Shown here in pieces: positions 49,671-59,602 of a DNA stretch of 64,000 nucleotides (position 1 is the first letter of the stretch; every line of letters begins with the position of its first letter). This DNA comes from Oculatellaceae cyanobacterium Prado106. Lineage in GTDB: Bacteria > Cyanobacteriota > Cyanobacteriia > Elainellales > Elainellaceae. Below the pieces are notes generated by a model that worked only from the letters and a program-made list of their open reading frames with translations, did not search any database and was not told where the DNA came from. The stretch covers positions 1,465 through 65,464 of the forward strand of contig JALOOP010000010.1 of NCBI GenBank assembly GCA_025454315.1. The letters run 5' to 3'. Position numbers and translations under genes: made by a program.

Positions 49671-50597
49671 GTGTTTTTAAGCGTTGTCATTCCCACTTAT
49701 AATCGTTTGCCGATTCTGGAGAAATGCCTGCGGGCATTGGAGAATCAGCGGATTACAGCGGCGATCGCAGGCTATGAAGTGGTGGTAGTGGATGATGGTT
49801 CGACCGATGGGACGGTCGATTGGTTGAACCGCCACAGGTCAGAATTCCCCCATGTGCGACTTTTAAAGCAGGATCATCAAGGGCCAGCGGCGGCTCGGAA
49901 TTTGGGGATTGAGCAGGCTCAAGGGGAGACGATTGTTTTTATTGACAGTGATTTGGTGGTGCTGGATGGTTTCTTGCAGGCGCATGTGGATGCGTTGTTA
50001 GCGGGGGAGCAGCAGCAGGGGAGCGATCGCCTCTTCACCTACGGCACCGTCATCAACACCTGTAATTTTGAGCAGCCCACCTCTGAACCCTTTAAAGTGA
50101 CCGACTACTCTCGGGCTTACTTTGCAACGGGAAATGTGGCGATCGCCCGCAAATGGCTCCTACAGGCCGGATGCTTTGACACAGGCTTTCAACTTTATGG
50201 CTGGGAAGATCTAGAACTGGGGGTACGGTTGAAGCAACTGGGGCTGAAACTGGTGAAATGCCCCCAAGCGGCTGGCTATCACTGGCATCCTCCCTTTGCC
50301 CTCGATCAGATCCCAAAGCTAATTGACCAGGAAATTCAGCGAGGAAGGATGGGCGTGCTGTTTTACCAGAAGCATCCCACCTGGGAAGTGCGAATGATGA
50401 TCCAGATGACCTGGCTGCATCAGGCGCTTTGGGGGCTGCTGTCGGTGGGCGGAAGGTTGAATGAGCGATCGCTCGCCCCATTGCTGCAATGGCTGATTAA
50501 CCAGGGCAAACCCCAGTTGGCACTAGAGGTCGCCCGGATTTTTCTCAACTGGTACAACGTCAAAGGGGTTTACGCCGCCTACCGTGAGCAGTCATAG
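49671..50597 (+). CDS. Family 2 glycosyltransferase
   Basis: 308-aa ORF with a GTG start. Contains LSVVIPTYNR, VVVVDDGSTDGT and FIDSD (DxD-like). Confidence 0.8.
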   Translation: MFLSVVIPTYNRLPILEKCLRALENQRITAAIAGYEVVVVDDGSTDGTVDWLNRHRSEFPHVRLLKQDHQGPAAARNLGIEQAQGETIVFIDSDLVVLDGFLQAHVDALLAGEQQQGSDRLFTYGTVINTCNFEQPTSEPFKVTDYSRAYFATGNVAIARKWLLQAGCFDTGFQLYGWEDLELGVRLKQLGLKLVKCPQAAGYHWHPPFALDQIPKLIDQEIQRGRMGVLFYQKHPTWEVRMMIQMTWLHQALWGLLSVGGRLNERSLAPLLQWLINQGKPQLALEVARIFLNWYNVKGVYAAYREQS

Positions 50598-50712
50598 ATC
50601 AGCCCCAAGATCAAAGCCAATGGCGGACGCTGCCAATAAGACAGCATTCACCATTGGCTCTGATCATTCAAGACAAAGTTGGGGCTATGCCATCCAACTT
50701 TACGAATTCACC

Positions 50713-50946
50713 TTACTGATTCAACCACCCTGCACTGAGGACGACGGTTAATCCCATGAAGATCGCCGTCAATGCCCAAGTCACCCGATTCAGGGTCGTC
50801 TCAGCACTTTTGGTACTGGTGAAGAGTTGCGCTTGTCCGCCCAATCCACCCAAACCATCGCCCTTGGGGCTATGCAGCAGCACCAGCACAATCAGGCCAA
50901 TTGCTGAAAACCCCCAAAGGAGTTCAATTACACCATTTATCGTCAT
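50713..50946 (-). CDS. secG: Preprotein translocase subunit SecG
   Basis: 77-aa ORF with two TM helices and the LLHSPKGDGLGGLGG motif. Conserved position downstream of gpmI. Confidence 0.8.
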   Translation of the reverse strand: MTINGVIELLWGFSAIGLIVLVLLHSPKGDGLGGLGGQAQLFTSTKSAETTLNRVTWALTAIFMGLTVVLSAGWLNQ

Positions 50947-51102
50947 GGAAACCTATCCCCAAGAATGATTGCTCCAGCAGAATGCCTCTCATCTCGATTC
51001 ATTTTGATGAACAGAGGGCAATCCTGATTTTTGTACTTTTCTATTCTACTCACATTGTGGTGAGGCGATCGCAGACCCATCCCCCAAACCACGCCAGCGA
51101 AA

Positions 51103-51266
51103 TCCTCCAGGAAAACGTTCCACAAAAGGTTCCAGAGAACCGGTTCAGGGAAAGTGAAACCTTCTAGGGAGACGTTCCAGGAAAGATTCAAGAGAAATGG
51201 TCTAAAGAAAACGCTCCGGAAAGCGTTCCAGGGAAAAGGTCTGGGGCAATATTCCAGGAAAAACGT
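51103..51266. repeat. Degenerate (C)GTTCCAGGAAA repeat cluster
   Basis: At least five copies: TCCAGGAAAACGTTCCA, GGTTCCAGAGAA, ACGTTCCAGGAAAG, GCGTTCCAGGGAAAAG and ATTCCAGGAAAAACG. They lie between the gpmI stop and the secG start. Confidence 0.75.
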
Positions 51267-51281
51267 GACAACGCAACAACG

Positions 51282-52880
51282 TTATAACGAAACGCGGACA
51301 GGAGTCCGGTTGGCTCTCACCTCAAACCCGGTCGATTCAATCATCGATCGCCCCGTCATTTCATCCGGCTGAGGCAGTCCCAAAATTTGCAGAATCGTGG
51401 GCGCAATATCCGCTAGCGTACCGTCACTGCGAAGAGCGACATCGGTGCCATGTCCCGGAATCTTGCGTCTTTCGCCTTCTACCAAAATGAAGGGCACGGG
51501 ATTCGTGGTGTGAGCCGTCCAGGGGTTGCCTTGCTCATCGTGCATGTATTCGGCATTGCCATGATCCGCAATCAGAATGGCCGTGCCGCCTGAGCGCGAA
51601 ATTCCTTCGAGAAGACGACCCAGACAAGCATCGACGGTTTCGACTGCCTTCACGGTCGCTTCGATATTGCCCGTATGCCCGACCATATCGGGGTTGGCAT
51701 AGTTGATGACGATGAAGGAATAGATGCCTTTTTCGATGGCGGCGATCGCACCATCCGTCACTTTAGCCGCAGACATGGCGGGGGCGCGATCGTAGGTGGC
51801 GACCATGGGACTGGGCACCATCTCTCGATCTTCGCCTTCAAAGGGATCTTCTAGACCGCCGTTGAAGAAGTAGGTGACATGGGCGTATTTTTCTGTTTCG
51901 GCGGTGCGGAACTGGCGCAGTCCAGCCTTGGAAATCACCTCGCCCAGGATGTTGTTGAAATTTTGGGGTTCAAAGGCAACGGAAACCGGGAAGTGGGGAT
52001 CGTATTGGGTGAAGGTGACAAACGCCAAGGGGTTAACGAACTTGCGCTCAAAGCCGTTGAACTTGGGGTCAACAAAGGCTTGGGTGAGTTGACGGGCACG
52101 ATCGGGACGGAAGTTGAAGAAAATCACGCCATCCCCAGGTTCTACAGCGCCAGGAGCAATCCGAGTTGGGATGACAAACTCATCGGTAACTCCTGCTTCA
52201 TAGGAGGCTTTGAGGACTTCGATCGCCGATTGACCGACACCTTCGCCCTCTTCGGTCATCAGGTCATAAACTTTTTGGACTCGATCCCAGCGGCGATCGC
52301 GATCCATCGCATAGTAACGACCGCTGAGCGTGGAGATGCGTCCGATCCCCACCTTGTCAACATAGTCTTCAATGGCTTGAAGGGCGGCAACGCCATCGGT
52401 GGGTTTGGTGTCCCGTCCATCGGTGACCGTATGAATACAAACGTCAGAAATGCTCTGTTCTTTGGCCAGATCCAACAAGCCAAAAAGGTGACTCAGGTGG
52501 GCATGGACACCACCTTCTGAGCAAAGCCCAATTAAGTGGAGTTTGCCACCACTCTGCCGTACCGCTTCACAGATTCGCAGCAGCGCTGCATTGCTGAGTA
52601 AGGTGCCATCTTCAACGGCATCGCTAATTCGCACCAGTTCCTGGGGCACCACTCGACCTGCGCCAATATTGAGATGTCCGACTTCTGAATTGCCCATCTG
52701 GCCATCGGGTAAGCCCACATTTTTGCCGGATGTTTGGATTAAAGTCCGGGGGTAGGCAGCCCATAGGCTATCCACGACGGGGGTGTTGGCAGCGGCGATC
52801 GCATTTCCCTCGGTCGCTTCACGGTAGCCCCAACCATCCATGATCACTAGCACCACTGGAGAAATTTGCACCTGTGCCAT
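51282..52880 (-). CDS. gpmI: 2,3-bisphosphoglycerate-independent phosphoglycerate mutase
   Basis: 532-aa ORF. Contains VVLVIMDGWGYRE, GNSEVGHLNIGAGR and ADHGNAE. Confidence 0.9.
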   Translation of the reverse strand: MAQVQISPVVLVIMDGWGYREATEGNAIAAANTPVVDSLWAAYPRTLIQTSGKNVGLPDGQMGNSEVGHLNIGAGRVVPQELVRISDAVEDGTLLSNAALLRICEAVRQSGGKLHLIGLCSEGGVHAHLSHLFGLLDLAKEQSISDVCIHTVTDGRDTKPTDGVAALQAIEDYVDKVGIGRISTLSGRYYAMDRDRRWDRVQKVYDLMTEEGEGVGQSAIEVLKASYEAGVTDEFVIPTRIAPGAVEPGDGVIFFNFRPDRARQLTQAFVDPKFNGFERKFVNPLAFVTFTQYDPHFPVSVAFEPQNFNNILGEVISKAGLRQFRTAETEKYAHVTYFFNGGLEDPFEGEDREMVPSPMVATYDRAPAMSAAKVTDGAIAAIEKGIYSFIVINYANPDMVGHTGNIEATVKAVETVDACLGRLLEGISRSGGTAILIADHGNAEYMHDEQGNPWTAHTTNPVPFILVEGERRKIPGHGTDVALRSDGTLADIAPTILQILGLPQPDEMTGRSMIESTGFEVRANRTPVRVSL

Positions 52881-53585
52881 GTGAATAGTCCTTGCAAACT
52901 AACAGTAATTTCCTAGCAATAATACCATTTCAAAATTCAATTGCGGAGATTTGCCTTGATAAATATCAATGACTGATCATTCGGTTTCAAAACGCAATAA
53001 AATCCCAAACAAATCTCAAACAATTCTCAATTGAAATCTTTTTTTGGGTCAACCTAGAACTCCATCTCCTGACTTATAAAAGTCAAGCTCTAGCAATACC
53101 ATTTTCACAAGGATTAATCAGGATTGTATCTACGGGAATAAACCGAAGGAGAGTCAACCCAAGGCCAGGATTTGAGAAAGTTATCTCTCTGACTATTAAT
53201 GCTGAACTTTAATTACATGAAGGATCAAAATCTTACTGATTCCAACTGCAAAATGCGATCGATAGGCACAATAACCCAAAAGAAGAATTGATCTACCTTT
53301 TAGCAGGATCGCGGATTATCATGAAAGGCATTTTATCAAGATGCAATTTCAGTGGAATCCTTCCTAGCAAAAGTTCAAAACTCAGGTCAGTTCTCTCTAA
53401 AAAGTAGAATCATACAATGAAGAAATAAAAGATAGACTCCATCTCACTTCAGAAAATCCTCAGTGCAAGTCGAGTGATCCCCATCTTCGTCCAGTTTGAA
53501 ATGACGGGCTTAACCTGACCCAAACACCTTAACGATTAGGATCTCTTGAAATCCTTCAAGGTTGTGCAGTCCTCTTGCCTGGTTT

Positions 53586-53627
53586 AACTTACCTAATTCA
53601 ACTTGCCTGATTCAACTTGCCTAATTC
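53586..53627. repeat. 14-bp tandem repeat AACTT(A/G)CCT(A/G)ATTC x3
   Basis: Three adjacent units, 31-72 nt downstream of the ABC-F stop codon. Confidence 0.85.
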
Positions 53628-53657
53628 AAAAGTCGCGCAGAATTTGAGAAATCGATT

Positions 53658-55364
53658 TTATCCCTTTCTGGCCTTCTCCTTTTGCTTTTGCTTTTCTCGC
53701 TTAGCGGCTGCCTTTTCGGCTTTTTCAGCTTCGATCGCCGCTAATTTTGCTTTTTCTTTTTCTTCAGCAATTTTATCCAAATAGTAATGATAGTCGCCCC
53801 GGTACAGCCGCAGTTCACCATCGCGAATCTCGACAATTTTGTTGGCCACCTGGGAAATGAAATAACGGTCATGGGAAACCAAGATGGCTGTGCCATCGTA
53901 GTCTTTCAGCGCATCTTCCAGCATTTCTTTGGCGGGAATGTCCAGGTGGTTGGTCGGCTCATCCAGGATCAGCAGATTGGCCGGACGCAGCAGCATTTTG
54001 GCCAACGCCAGCCGCGCCTTTTCTCCCCCGCTCAGCGCCTCAACCTTCTTAAAGACCGTATCTTCACTAAACAAAAATCGACCTAGCAGCGTCCGCACAT
54101 CCTCATTCTTCCAGTCAGGTACTTCATCATGGATCGTTTCCATCACAGTCTTGTTTAAGTCCAGCGCCTCCGCCTGGTTCTGCTCGAAGTACCCTGGGAT
54201 TACACCATGATCCCCAATTTTGATGGTGCCTTCGGTGGGCTTTTCCATGCCCATCAACAGGTGCAACAGGGTTGATTTTCCGGCTCCATTGGGGCCGACA
54301 AAGGCAATGCGATCGCCCCGTTCAATCAGCAGTTCCGCATCCAAAAACAGAATCTTGTCGCCATACACATGGGTGAGATTTTTGATGATCACCACTTCAC
54401 GACCGCTGCGGGGAGCAGGCGGAAACTTGAACCGCAGCGTTCTCACTGATGCTGTCGGCGCTTCAATCCGCTCGATTTTGTCCAACTGCTTTTCTCGGCT
54501 TTTGGCCTGGGTGCTGCGGGTCGCACTGGCTCGGAAACGATCGACAAACGTCTGCTGCTTTTCGATCTCTTTTTGCTGCCGCTCAAAGGCACTCATCTGC
54601 GCCAGTTGGGCTTCTTCTTTTTGCAGCAGGTAGGCGCTGTAGTTGCCTAAATAGGTGCTAGAAACGCCCCGCTCCGTTTCTACAATCTGGGTACAAAGAC
54701 GGTCTAAAAACTCCCGGTCATGGGAGACAATCACCATCGGATTCGTTAACCCTTTGAGGTAGGTTTCTAGCCACTCAATGGTTTCCAGGTCGAGGTGGTT
54801 AGTCGGTTCGTCCAGGAGGAGCAAATCGGGCGATTGCAGCAAAATCTTACCCAGACCCATTCGCATCTGCCAACCGCCGCTGAAGGAGTTGACCAAGCGA
54901 TCGCCATCATCCAATTCAAATCCCAACTCCGGCAAAATCTTGTCAATCCGGGACTCCAACCCATAGCCATTCATCCCCTCAAACTGTCGCTGCAATCGAT
55001 CCATCTTGTGGATCAAAATCTCCAGTTGCTCAGGGTTGGCCGTTTCCATGTCTCGATGAATCTGCATCAGGGATTCATGGATGCGGTTGGCTTCCGCAAA
55101 GGCTTTCCACAGTTCCTCGCGCACGGTGCGACCGGGATCAACATCAAACTCCTGGCTCAAATAGGCAATATGCAAGCTCGAAGGGCGAATAATCTCCCCC
55201 GCTGTCGGCTCCATCTCACCGGCAATGATCTTCAGTTGGGTGGACTTTCCGGCACCGTTAACCCCAACCAGGCCAATGCGATCGCCCGGTTTGACTTCCC
55301 AACTGACATCTTTCAAGACTTCTCCCGTGGGATAAATTTTGCTGATATGTTCCAAACGCAGCAT
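53658..55364 (-). CDS. ABC-F family ATPase (two NBDs, no TMD)
   Basis: 568-aa ORF. Walker A GVNGAGKST and GPNGAGKST, signatures FSGGWQMR and LSGGEKAR, Lys/Glu-rich C-terminal tail. Confidence 0.85.
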   Translation of the reverse strand: MLRLEHISKIYPTGEVLKDVSWEVKPGDRIGLVGVNGAGKSTQLKIIAGEMEPTAGEIIRPSSLHIAYLSQEFDVDPGRTVREELWKAFAEANRIHESLMQIHRDMETANPEQLEILIHKMDRLQRQFEGMNGYGLESRIDKILPELGFELDDGDRLVNSFSGGWQMRMGLGKILLQSPDLLLLDEPTNHLDLETIEWLETYLKGLTNPMVIVSHDREFLDRLCTQIVETERGVSSTYLGNYSAYLLQKEEAQLAQMSAFERQQKEIEKQQTFVDRFRASATRSTQAKSREKQLDKIERIEAPTASVRTLRFKFPPAPRSGREVVIIKNLTHVYGDKILFLDAELLIERGDRIAFVGPNGAGKSTLLHLLMGMEKPTEGTIKIGDHGVIPGYFEQNQAEALDLNKTVMETIHDEVPDWKNEDVRTLLGRFLFSEDTVFKKVEALSGGEKARLALAKMLLRPANLLILDEPTNHLDIPAKEMLEDALKDYDGTAILVSHDRYFISQVANKIVEIRDGELRLYRGDYHYYLDKIAEEKEKAKLAAIEAEKAEKAAAKREKQKQKEKARKG

Positions 55365-55376
55365 GTCGAAGCTCCA

Positions 55377-55434
55377 GGGGAAAGGGTGGTAAGAGGGGGA
55401 AGGGGAAAGGCGAAAGGGGAAAGGCGAAAGGGGG
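55377..55434. repeat. G-tract array (GGGGAAAGGCGAAAGG units)
   Basis: Lies 13-70 nt upstream of the ABC-F start. Reads as a C-tract on the sense strand. Confidence 0.85.
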
Positions 55435-55808
55435 TGACCTAGTGTTATTGGTTTTTTGGACTCTGTTTCTTTGTAATGCGTTGCTTGGGCAATGCAATTG
55501 GGGGCATGGGGGACATGAGTAGCTGCTTCGTTGGGGAAGGGGGCGATCGCTCCAGTGAAGTAATCCCTAGTTCTTGGATCGGGCTAACTGAAAGCCTGGT
55601 TGAGTGGGGAATTTCCCAGCCATCCTAGGCTAGCTTGCACAAACCTATCTTGGGGTGCCTTAACCTTCTAGATTTTGATCTCCAGCCCTCCTTTTCGGGG
55701 GAATCGAGCCTTCTAGAAAAGTCCCTCAAGTTCTTGAATCTAGCCCAGCCCTACCTTGGAGGAAGTCGGGTCTTCCAGGATGCTCCGAAACCTTCTCAGA
55801 ACTTGCAA

Positions 55809-55904
55809 AGAGTCCTCAGAAACTTCTCTAAGAGGCTTCCTTGAAAGAGTTATGAGAGAGTCTTCAGAAGCTTCTCTATGCGGCTTCCTTGGGGGAGTCG
55901 TTGA
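55809..55904. repeat. 48-bp tandem duplication within a wider degenerate repeat zone (about 55640-55920)
   Basis: AGAGTCCTCAGAAACTTCTCTAAGAGGCTTCCTTGAAAGAG... is followed by AGAGTCTTCAGAAGCTTCTCTATGCGGCTTCCTTGGGGGAG.... Upstream CCTTCTAGA...CCAGCCCT units are also present. Confidence 0.75.
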
Positions 55905-56309
55905 AGTCCTCTAGAGGATGCCCGAGATGAGTCCCTTCAAAGTCCCTCGGAATTGGGGATTTAGAGATCGAAAACTCTCAAAGGTTAACCCACCGGATAG
56001 ATATCTGGAGCAAGCCACTTGGGATACATGCAGATGCAATGGCGATCGCAACCCTCTTGAGGTGAAATCCGCCAACCCGATTTTGACAACCCTTAATCTT
56101 TAGCAGCGCCATCCCCAGCCAGCAAAACCAGCCTAGGTCAACCTATCGGAATTTTTGAAGCCAACCAACTCACAAACTAGACTAACTTTAACAAAGATTT
56201 AAGCATCTATAGCAGGAGAGCGCTATCAAAGCTTCCAAGATAAATTTTAGATAAAATTTTCTATGGCTCTGTCGCTCTCAGGCCAAGCAGCGATCCCTTA
56301 AACGATCCC

Positions 56310-57365
56310 CTAAACAAAGATAAGGGTCAAAACGCCAAACACCAGAATCAAAAACTGTCCGACCAAAAAAGGGCGATCGAGTTGCATGACCCGCTGATAA
56401 TCCTCGGTTGTCTCGCCCTTGATCCAATCTGCGGTGACGATCGCCTCCATCAAGGCCACAATAATCAGCAGATAGGCCAACGCATAAATTTTGTCCAGCA
56501 GAACCAGATAGCCCACTTCCGGCAGGGCAAACGAGTAGGACTGCTGCAAAAACACCGTCGTCAAGAGTGCCGTCACCGGGATCTCAATTCGCATATCCAC
56601 ATAGCGCGGATGCAGCAGCAAGGCTCCCCAACTAGACACCAGCACAATCACCAAGGGCAACAGCAGCTTCCAGATAAAGTAGCTGAGGGGGCGATCGATC
56701 AGCAACTCAAACCGGGCGATCGAGTAGGGATCTGTTGAGGCAGCCTGATCCCCAAACTGACTGTCATACTGTCGGAGCAAACTTCCCACCTGCCAGCCAT
56801 TAATATTCCAGCCCTGAATTGAGAGGGTGTCGGCAAAGCCAGAATCCTCGGTATCGGCCACATAAACCAGTTCTTGCGCCGTGTGAATGGAGTTTTCAAT
56901 CAAAATCCCCAACCGTTGCTCATCCAAGGGATACTTACTCAGGGCAAAGGGTTGGAAGAACCGTCCTTCTACGCGCATGATTTGATAGAGGCTGCCATCG
57001 GGCTGTTTTTGGGGTTCTTCATAGCCCATCTGCTGGGTCATCCCCCATTCCTCGACCGCATTAGAAAATTCGAGATTGGCGATTGGGTCGATCGCCCCCC
57101 GCCAGCGAAACCAGACATAGCTATCGACATAGTAGGTATTGCTCGACAAGTCCAACTGGTAGACATTAACCGGGTAGAACCCTGTGCGAACCTGCTGCGC
57201 CGTGGCCGGGATCGATTTGAGCGCCTGAAACGAGGTCACGGGCTGCACGACTGGGCGTGACCCCAGGAGCAATTGCAGAAAGATGACGATCGCCAATGCA
57301 CACAACAGTGGGATCAAGAACTTTCTGACTCGTTTCTGGCTCAACAAATGGCTGAAAGGGCGCAT
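56310..57365 (-). CDS. Prokaryotic pentameric ligand-gated ion channel (Cys-loop receptor superfamily, GLIC/ELIC-like)
   Basis: 351-aa ORF. ~200-aa beta-rich extracellular domain (VNVYQLDLSSNTYYVDSYVWFRWRG). Cys-less loop motif YPLDEQRLGILIE, matching FPFDxQ. Four TM helices with short M3-M4 linker. Confidence 0.7.
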   Translation of the reverse strand: MRPFSHLLSQKRVRKFLIPLLCALAIVIFLQLLLGSRPVVQPVTSFQALKSIPATAQQVRTGFYPVNVYQLDLSSNTYYVDSYVWFRWRGAIDPIANLEFSNAVEEWGMTQQMGYEEPQKQPDGSLYQIMRVEGRFFQPFALSKYPLDEQRLGILIENSIHTAQELVYVADTEDSGFADTLSIQGWNINGWQVGSLLRQYDSQFGDQAASTDPYSIARFELLIDRPLSYFIWKLLLPLVIVLVSSWGALLLHPRYVDMRIEIPVTALLTTVFLQQSYSFALPEVGYLVLLDKIYALAYLLIIVALMEAIVTADWIKGETTEDYQRVMQLDRPFLVGQFLILVFGVLTLIFV

Positions 57366-57404
57366 GATTCACCGAGGGCAAAAATGGATTTTCGCCATTA
57401 TGAC

Positions 57405-58547
57405 TCAAGCTTCCTCGGAGATTAGCAAGGATTGAACAAATTGGTACAACTCCTCCTCCGATCGCCCCTCCAACTGCCAATCCTTCAGTTCAATCAAGCC
57501 CTGCGCCAGTTCCAAAGCCCGCTTCTTGTAAGTGTTATGCGCTGCCAGCATATCCATAAACACCTCCTGCTCAATCTGCCGCCGATTGGCATCATCGGCC
57601 AACGGGGAAGCATAGGCGACCGTATCCACGTCATATTTCAACAGGAAAATCAGCGCATTGCTCATCTCCTGAAGCTCTTGCTGCAAGGATTTCACATCCA
57701 ACTCCAGCCGATCGAAGCCCACTTGTCCTTCTAGCCGCAGTTCCACAATGGGTTTTTCTGCGGGGATGACTCGTTTTTGGGCGATCGCCTGCTGCATGAG
57801 CGCGATCGCCCCTTGTTTCAGTTCTTCCACACTCTCCGATCCCTTGGCGGTGAGGCGCAGGCGAATGAGCGATCGCTGATAGTAATCCTGCTTCAGTTCA
57901 GCCTGAATTTTGTCCTTTTGAATATCAACCAGGTAGACCCCACGGGCAAAACTGGACTCTTCCATGCTGTTGGCTTCAATGGAACCCGGATTAAAGATCC
58001 ATCCTTCTAGCTCGTAGTTTTTGTGGATATGGGGGTGGGGTGTGGGCGGCAAAGCCTGGATAGCCGGGGCGAGTTGGGCGATCGCATTGGGCGCAGAAGC
58101 CCCGTACCAGTACGACCCCAGCACCCGCACACCACAGTCCAAATCAATATAGCTCCCGCGATGGCCATCCCAGGGAAAATACAATTCCTCTCCCGCTGTC
58201 GTATCTCCCGGTTCCAGTAGAATCAGCAACCCCCAATCCGCCAAATATCTCAGCCAGCTTGTCTTGGTGCCGTAGGGACGATTGTCATGGTTGCCCTCGA
58301 TCGCCAAAACCGGAATCCCCACCTCCTGCAACATCCGCAGACAAAACTGCGCCTGATTCAACGTCGCAGGCTGAATATTCCGATGCTCAAACAAATCTCC
58401 CACCAGCAGCACAAAATCCACCTGCTCTTGAACCGCATAGCGCTCCAAGGCATCCTGGAAAGCCTGGAAAAAATCATGGGTGCGCTCTTTGTTGTCGTAG
58501 CGATCGAACCCTAAGTGAATATCCGCTAGGTGAAGAAACCGCGCCAT
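57405..58547 (-). CDS. SbcD/Mre11-family metallophosphoesterase (nuclease subunit-like)
   Basis: 380-aa ORF. Motifs I DIHLG, II VGDLFE, III GNHD and V HIHKNYELEGWIFNPGS. The III-to-V spacing looks short (see findings). Confidence 0.7.
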   Translation of the reverse strand: MARFLHLADIHLGFDRYDNKERTHDFFQAFQDALERYAVQEQVDFVLLVGDLFEHRNIQPATLNQAQFCLRMLQEVGIPVLAIEGNHDNRPYGTKTSWLRYLADWGLLILLEPGDTTAGEELYFPWDGHRGSYIDLDCGVRVLGSYWYGASAPNAIAQLAPAIQALPPTPHPHIHKNYELEGWIFNPGSIEANSMEESSFARGVYLVDIQKDKIQAELKQDYYQRSLIRLRLTAKGSESVEELKQGAIALMQQAIAQKRVIPAEKPIVELRLEGQVGFDRLELDVKSLQQELQEMSNALIFLLKYDVDTVAYASPLADDANRRQIEQEVFMDMLAAHNTYKKRALELAQGLIELKDWQLEGRSEEELYQFVQSLLISEEA

Positions 58548-58643
58548 AGTACAAAATAACTAAACTGGCGTTATTTTAGCGCGAATCCTGCATCGTAGAT
58601 AGCTGGCAACACTAACCCTTCCCTTTATTAAGAAGCGCTAATT

Positions 58644-58859
58644 TCAGTAAGGCTGAGATAATACAAAGCCCCCCAAGACCGCAACTAAAACTGTAAAAAG
58701 CTGGGATATGTCTACCTGGGATACACCTAAACTGTTTGCTTGCCTAAGAAATTCAAGGAGTTTTGGGAAAACATCTAAGAAAAGTGCAACTAAGGCGATT
58801 ATCACAGAGAGAATGCCAGCAGTCACTGACACAACGGTCGCTGAATTCTTATTTCTCAT
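58644..58859 (-). CDS. Small hypothetical membrane protein (2 TM)
   Basis: 71-aa ORF with two hydrophobic helices. Its ATG overlaps an upstream in-frame TGA (ATGA). Confidence 0.4.
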   Translation of the reverse strand: MRNKNSATVVSVTAGILSVIIALVALFLDVFPKLLEFLRQANSLGVSQVDISQLFTVLVAVLGGFVLSQPY

Positions 58860-58999
58860 CCTCCAACACCCCCTGAAGCTCCATAAAAAGTGACTCCCAT
58901 TGAGAAGATGCCGAGTGCAATGGCGATGAAAACCACAGAATTTTTATAGTTTTTAAGTTTCTTGTTCCTGCGCTTTGATTCATCATCTAGTTCGAGATC

Positions 59000-59362
59000 T
59001 TAAGTAGCTTCTGTTCGCAGAAAAACGACACCAAGGGTCACCAGAAAAATCCCTGAGATTTTCAGCAATGAGTACCCTTCCTTAAATAGAACAATGCCAA
59101 ACAAGGTTGCCAAAACTGCCTCCAGCCCTAACACCAAAATATAGGTGAGTCCCATGCCAGAGTGTCGGGTTACCAAGGTTTGTAAGCTTGCCCCCAGCGC
59201 AAACAATAGGTAAACCATGACGCTTGGCATCCACTTTGTCAGTCCTTCAGACTGCTGCATAAAGATTCCACCGGTTGTAAAAGCCAGCGCAGCGCCGATC
59301 GCCATGGCAAAAGTCGGCGAAAAAATTAGGTTCGTGAGAGATTTTACTAACGCAACGTTCAT
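59000..59362 (-). CDS. SMR/DMT-like small four-helix membrane transporter
   Basis: 120-aa ORF with four hydrophobic helices of the size and pattern of the small multidrug resistance family. AT-rich context. Confidence 0.55.
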   Translation of the reverse strand: MNVALVKSLTNLIFSPTFAMAIGAALAFTTGGIFMQQSEGLTKWMPSVMVYLLFALGASLQTLVTRHSGMGLTYILVLGLEAVLATLFGIVLFKEGYSLLKISGIFLVTLGVVFLRTEAT

Positions 59363-59602
59363 TTCAATTATTTATTCCAATAAAAGCTTCATTAACCGTA
59401 CTTCGACTCTCTCAATCGTCCCACTGTTTTGTATCAAAACACACAGTTTCTTCATCCGGCCTGCCTGTACCTATCCGCCTGATGCAGGCGGGAGCAAGAC
59501 TTTTGAATCCGACCGATTCAACTGAAAGCCAAACAACAAGCCGGAACGAAGAGAAGGATTTGCCCTGCTCCCCATCCCGGCTGTTGGTTAGGCTTTGGCC
59601 TG

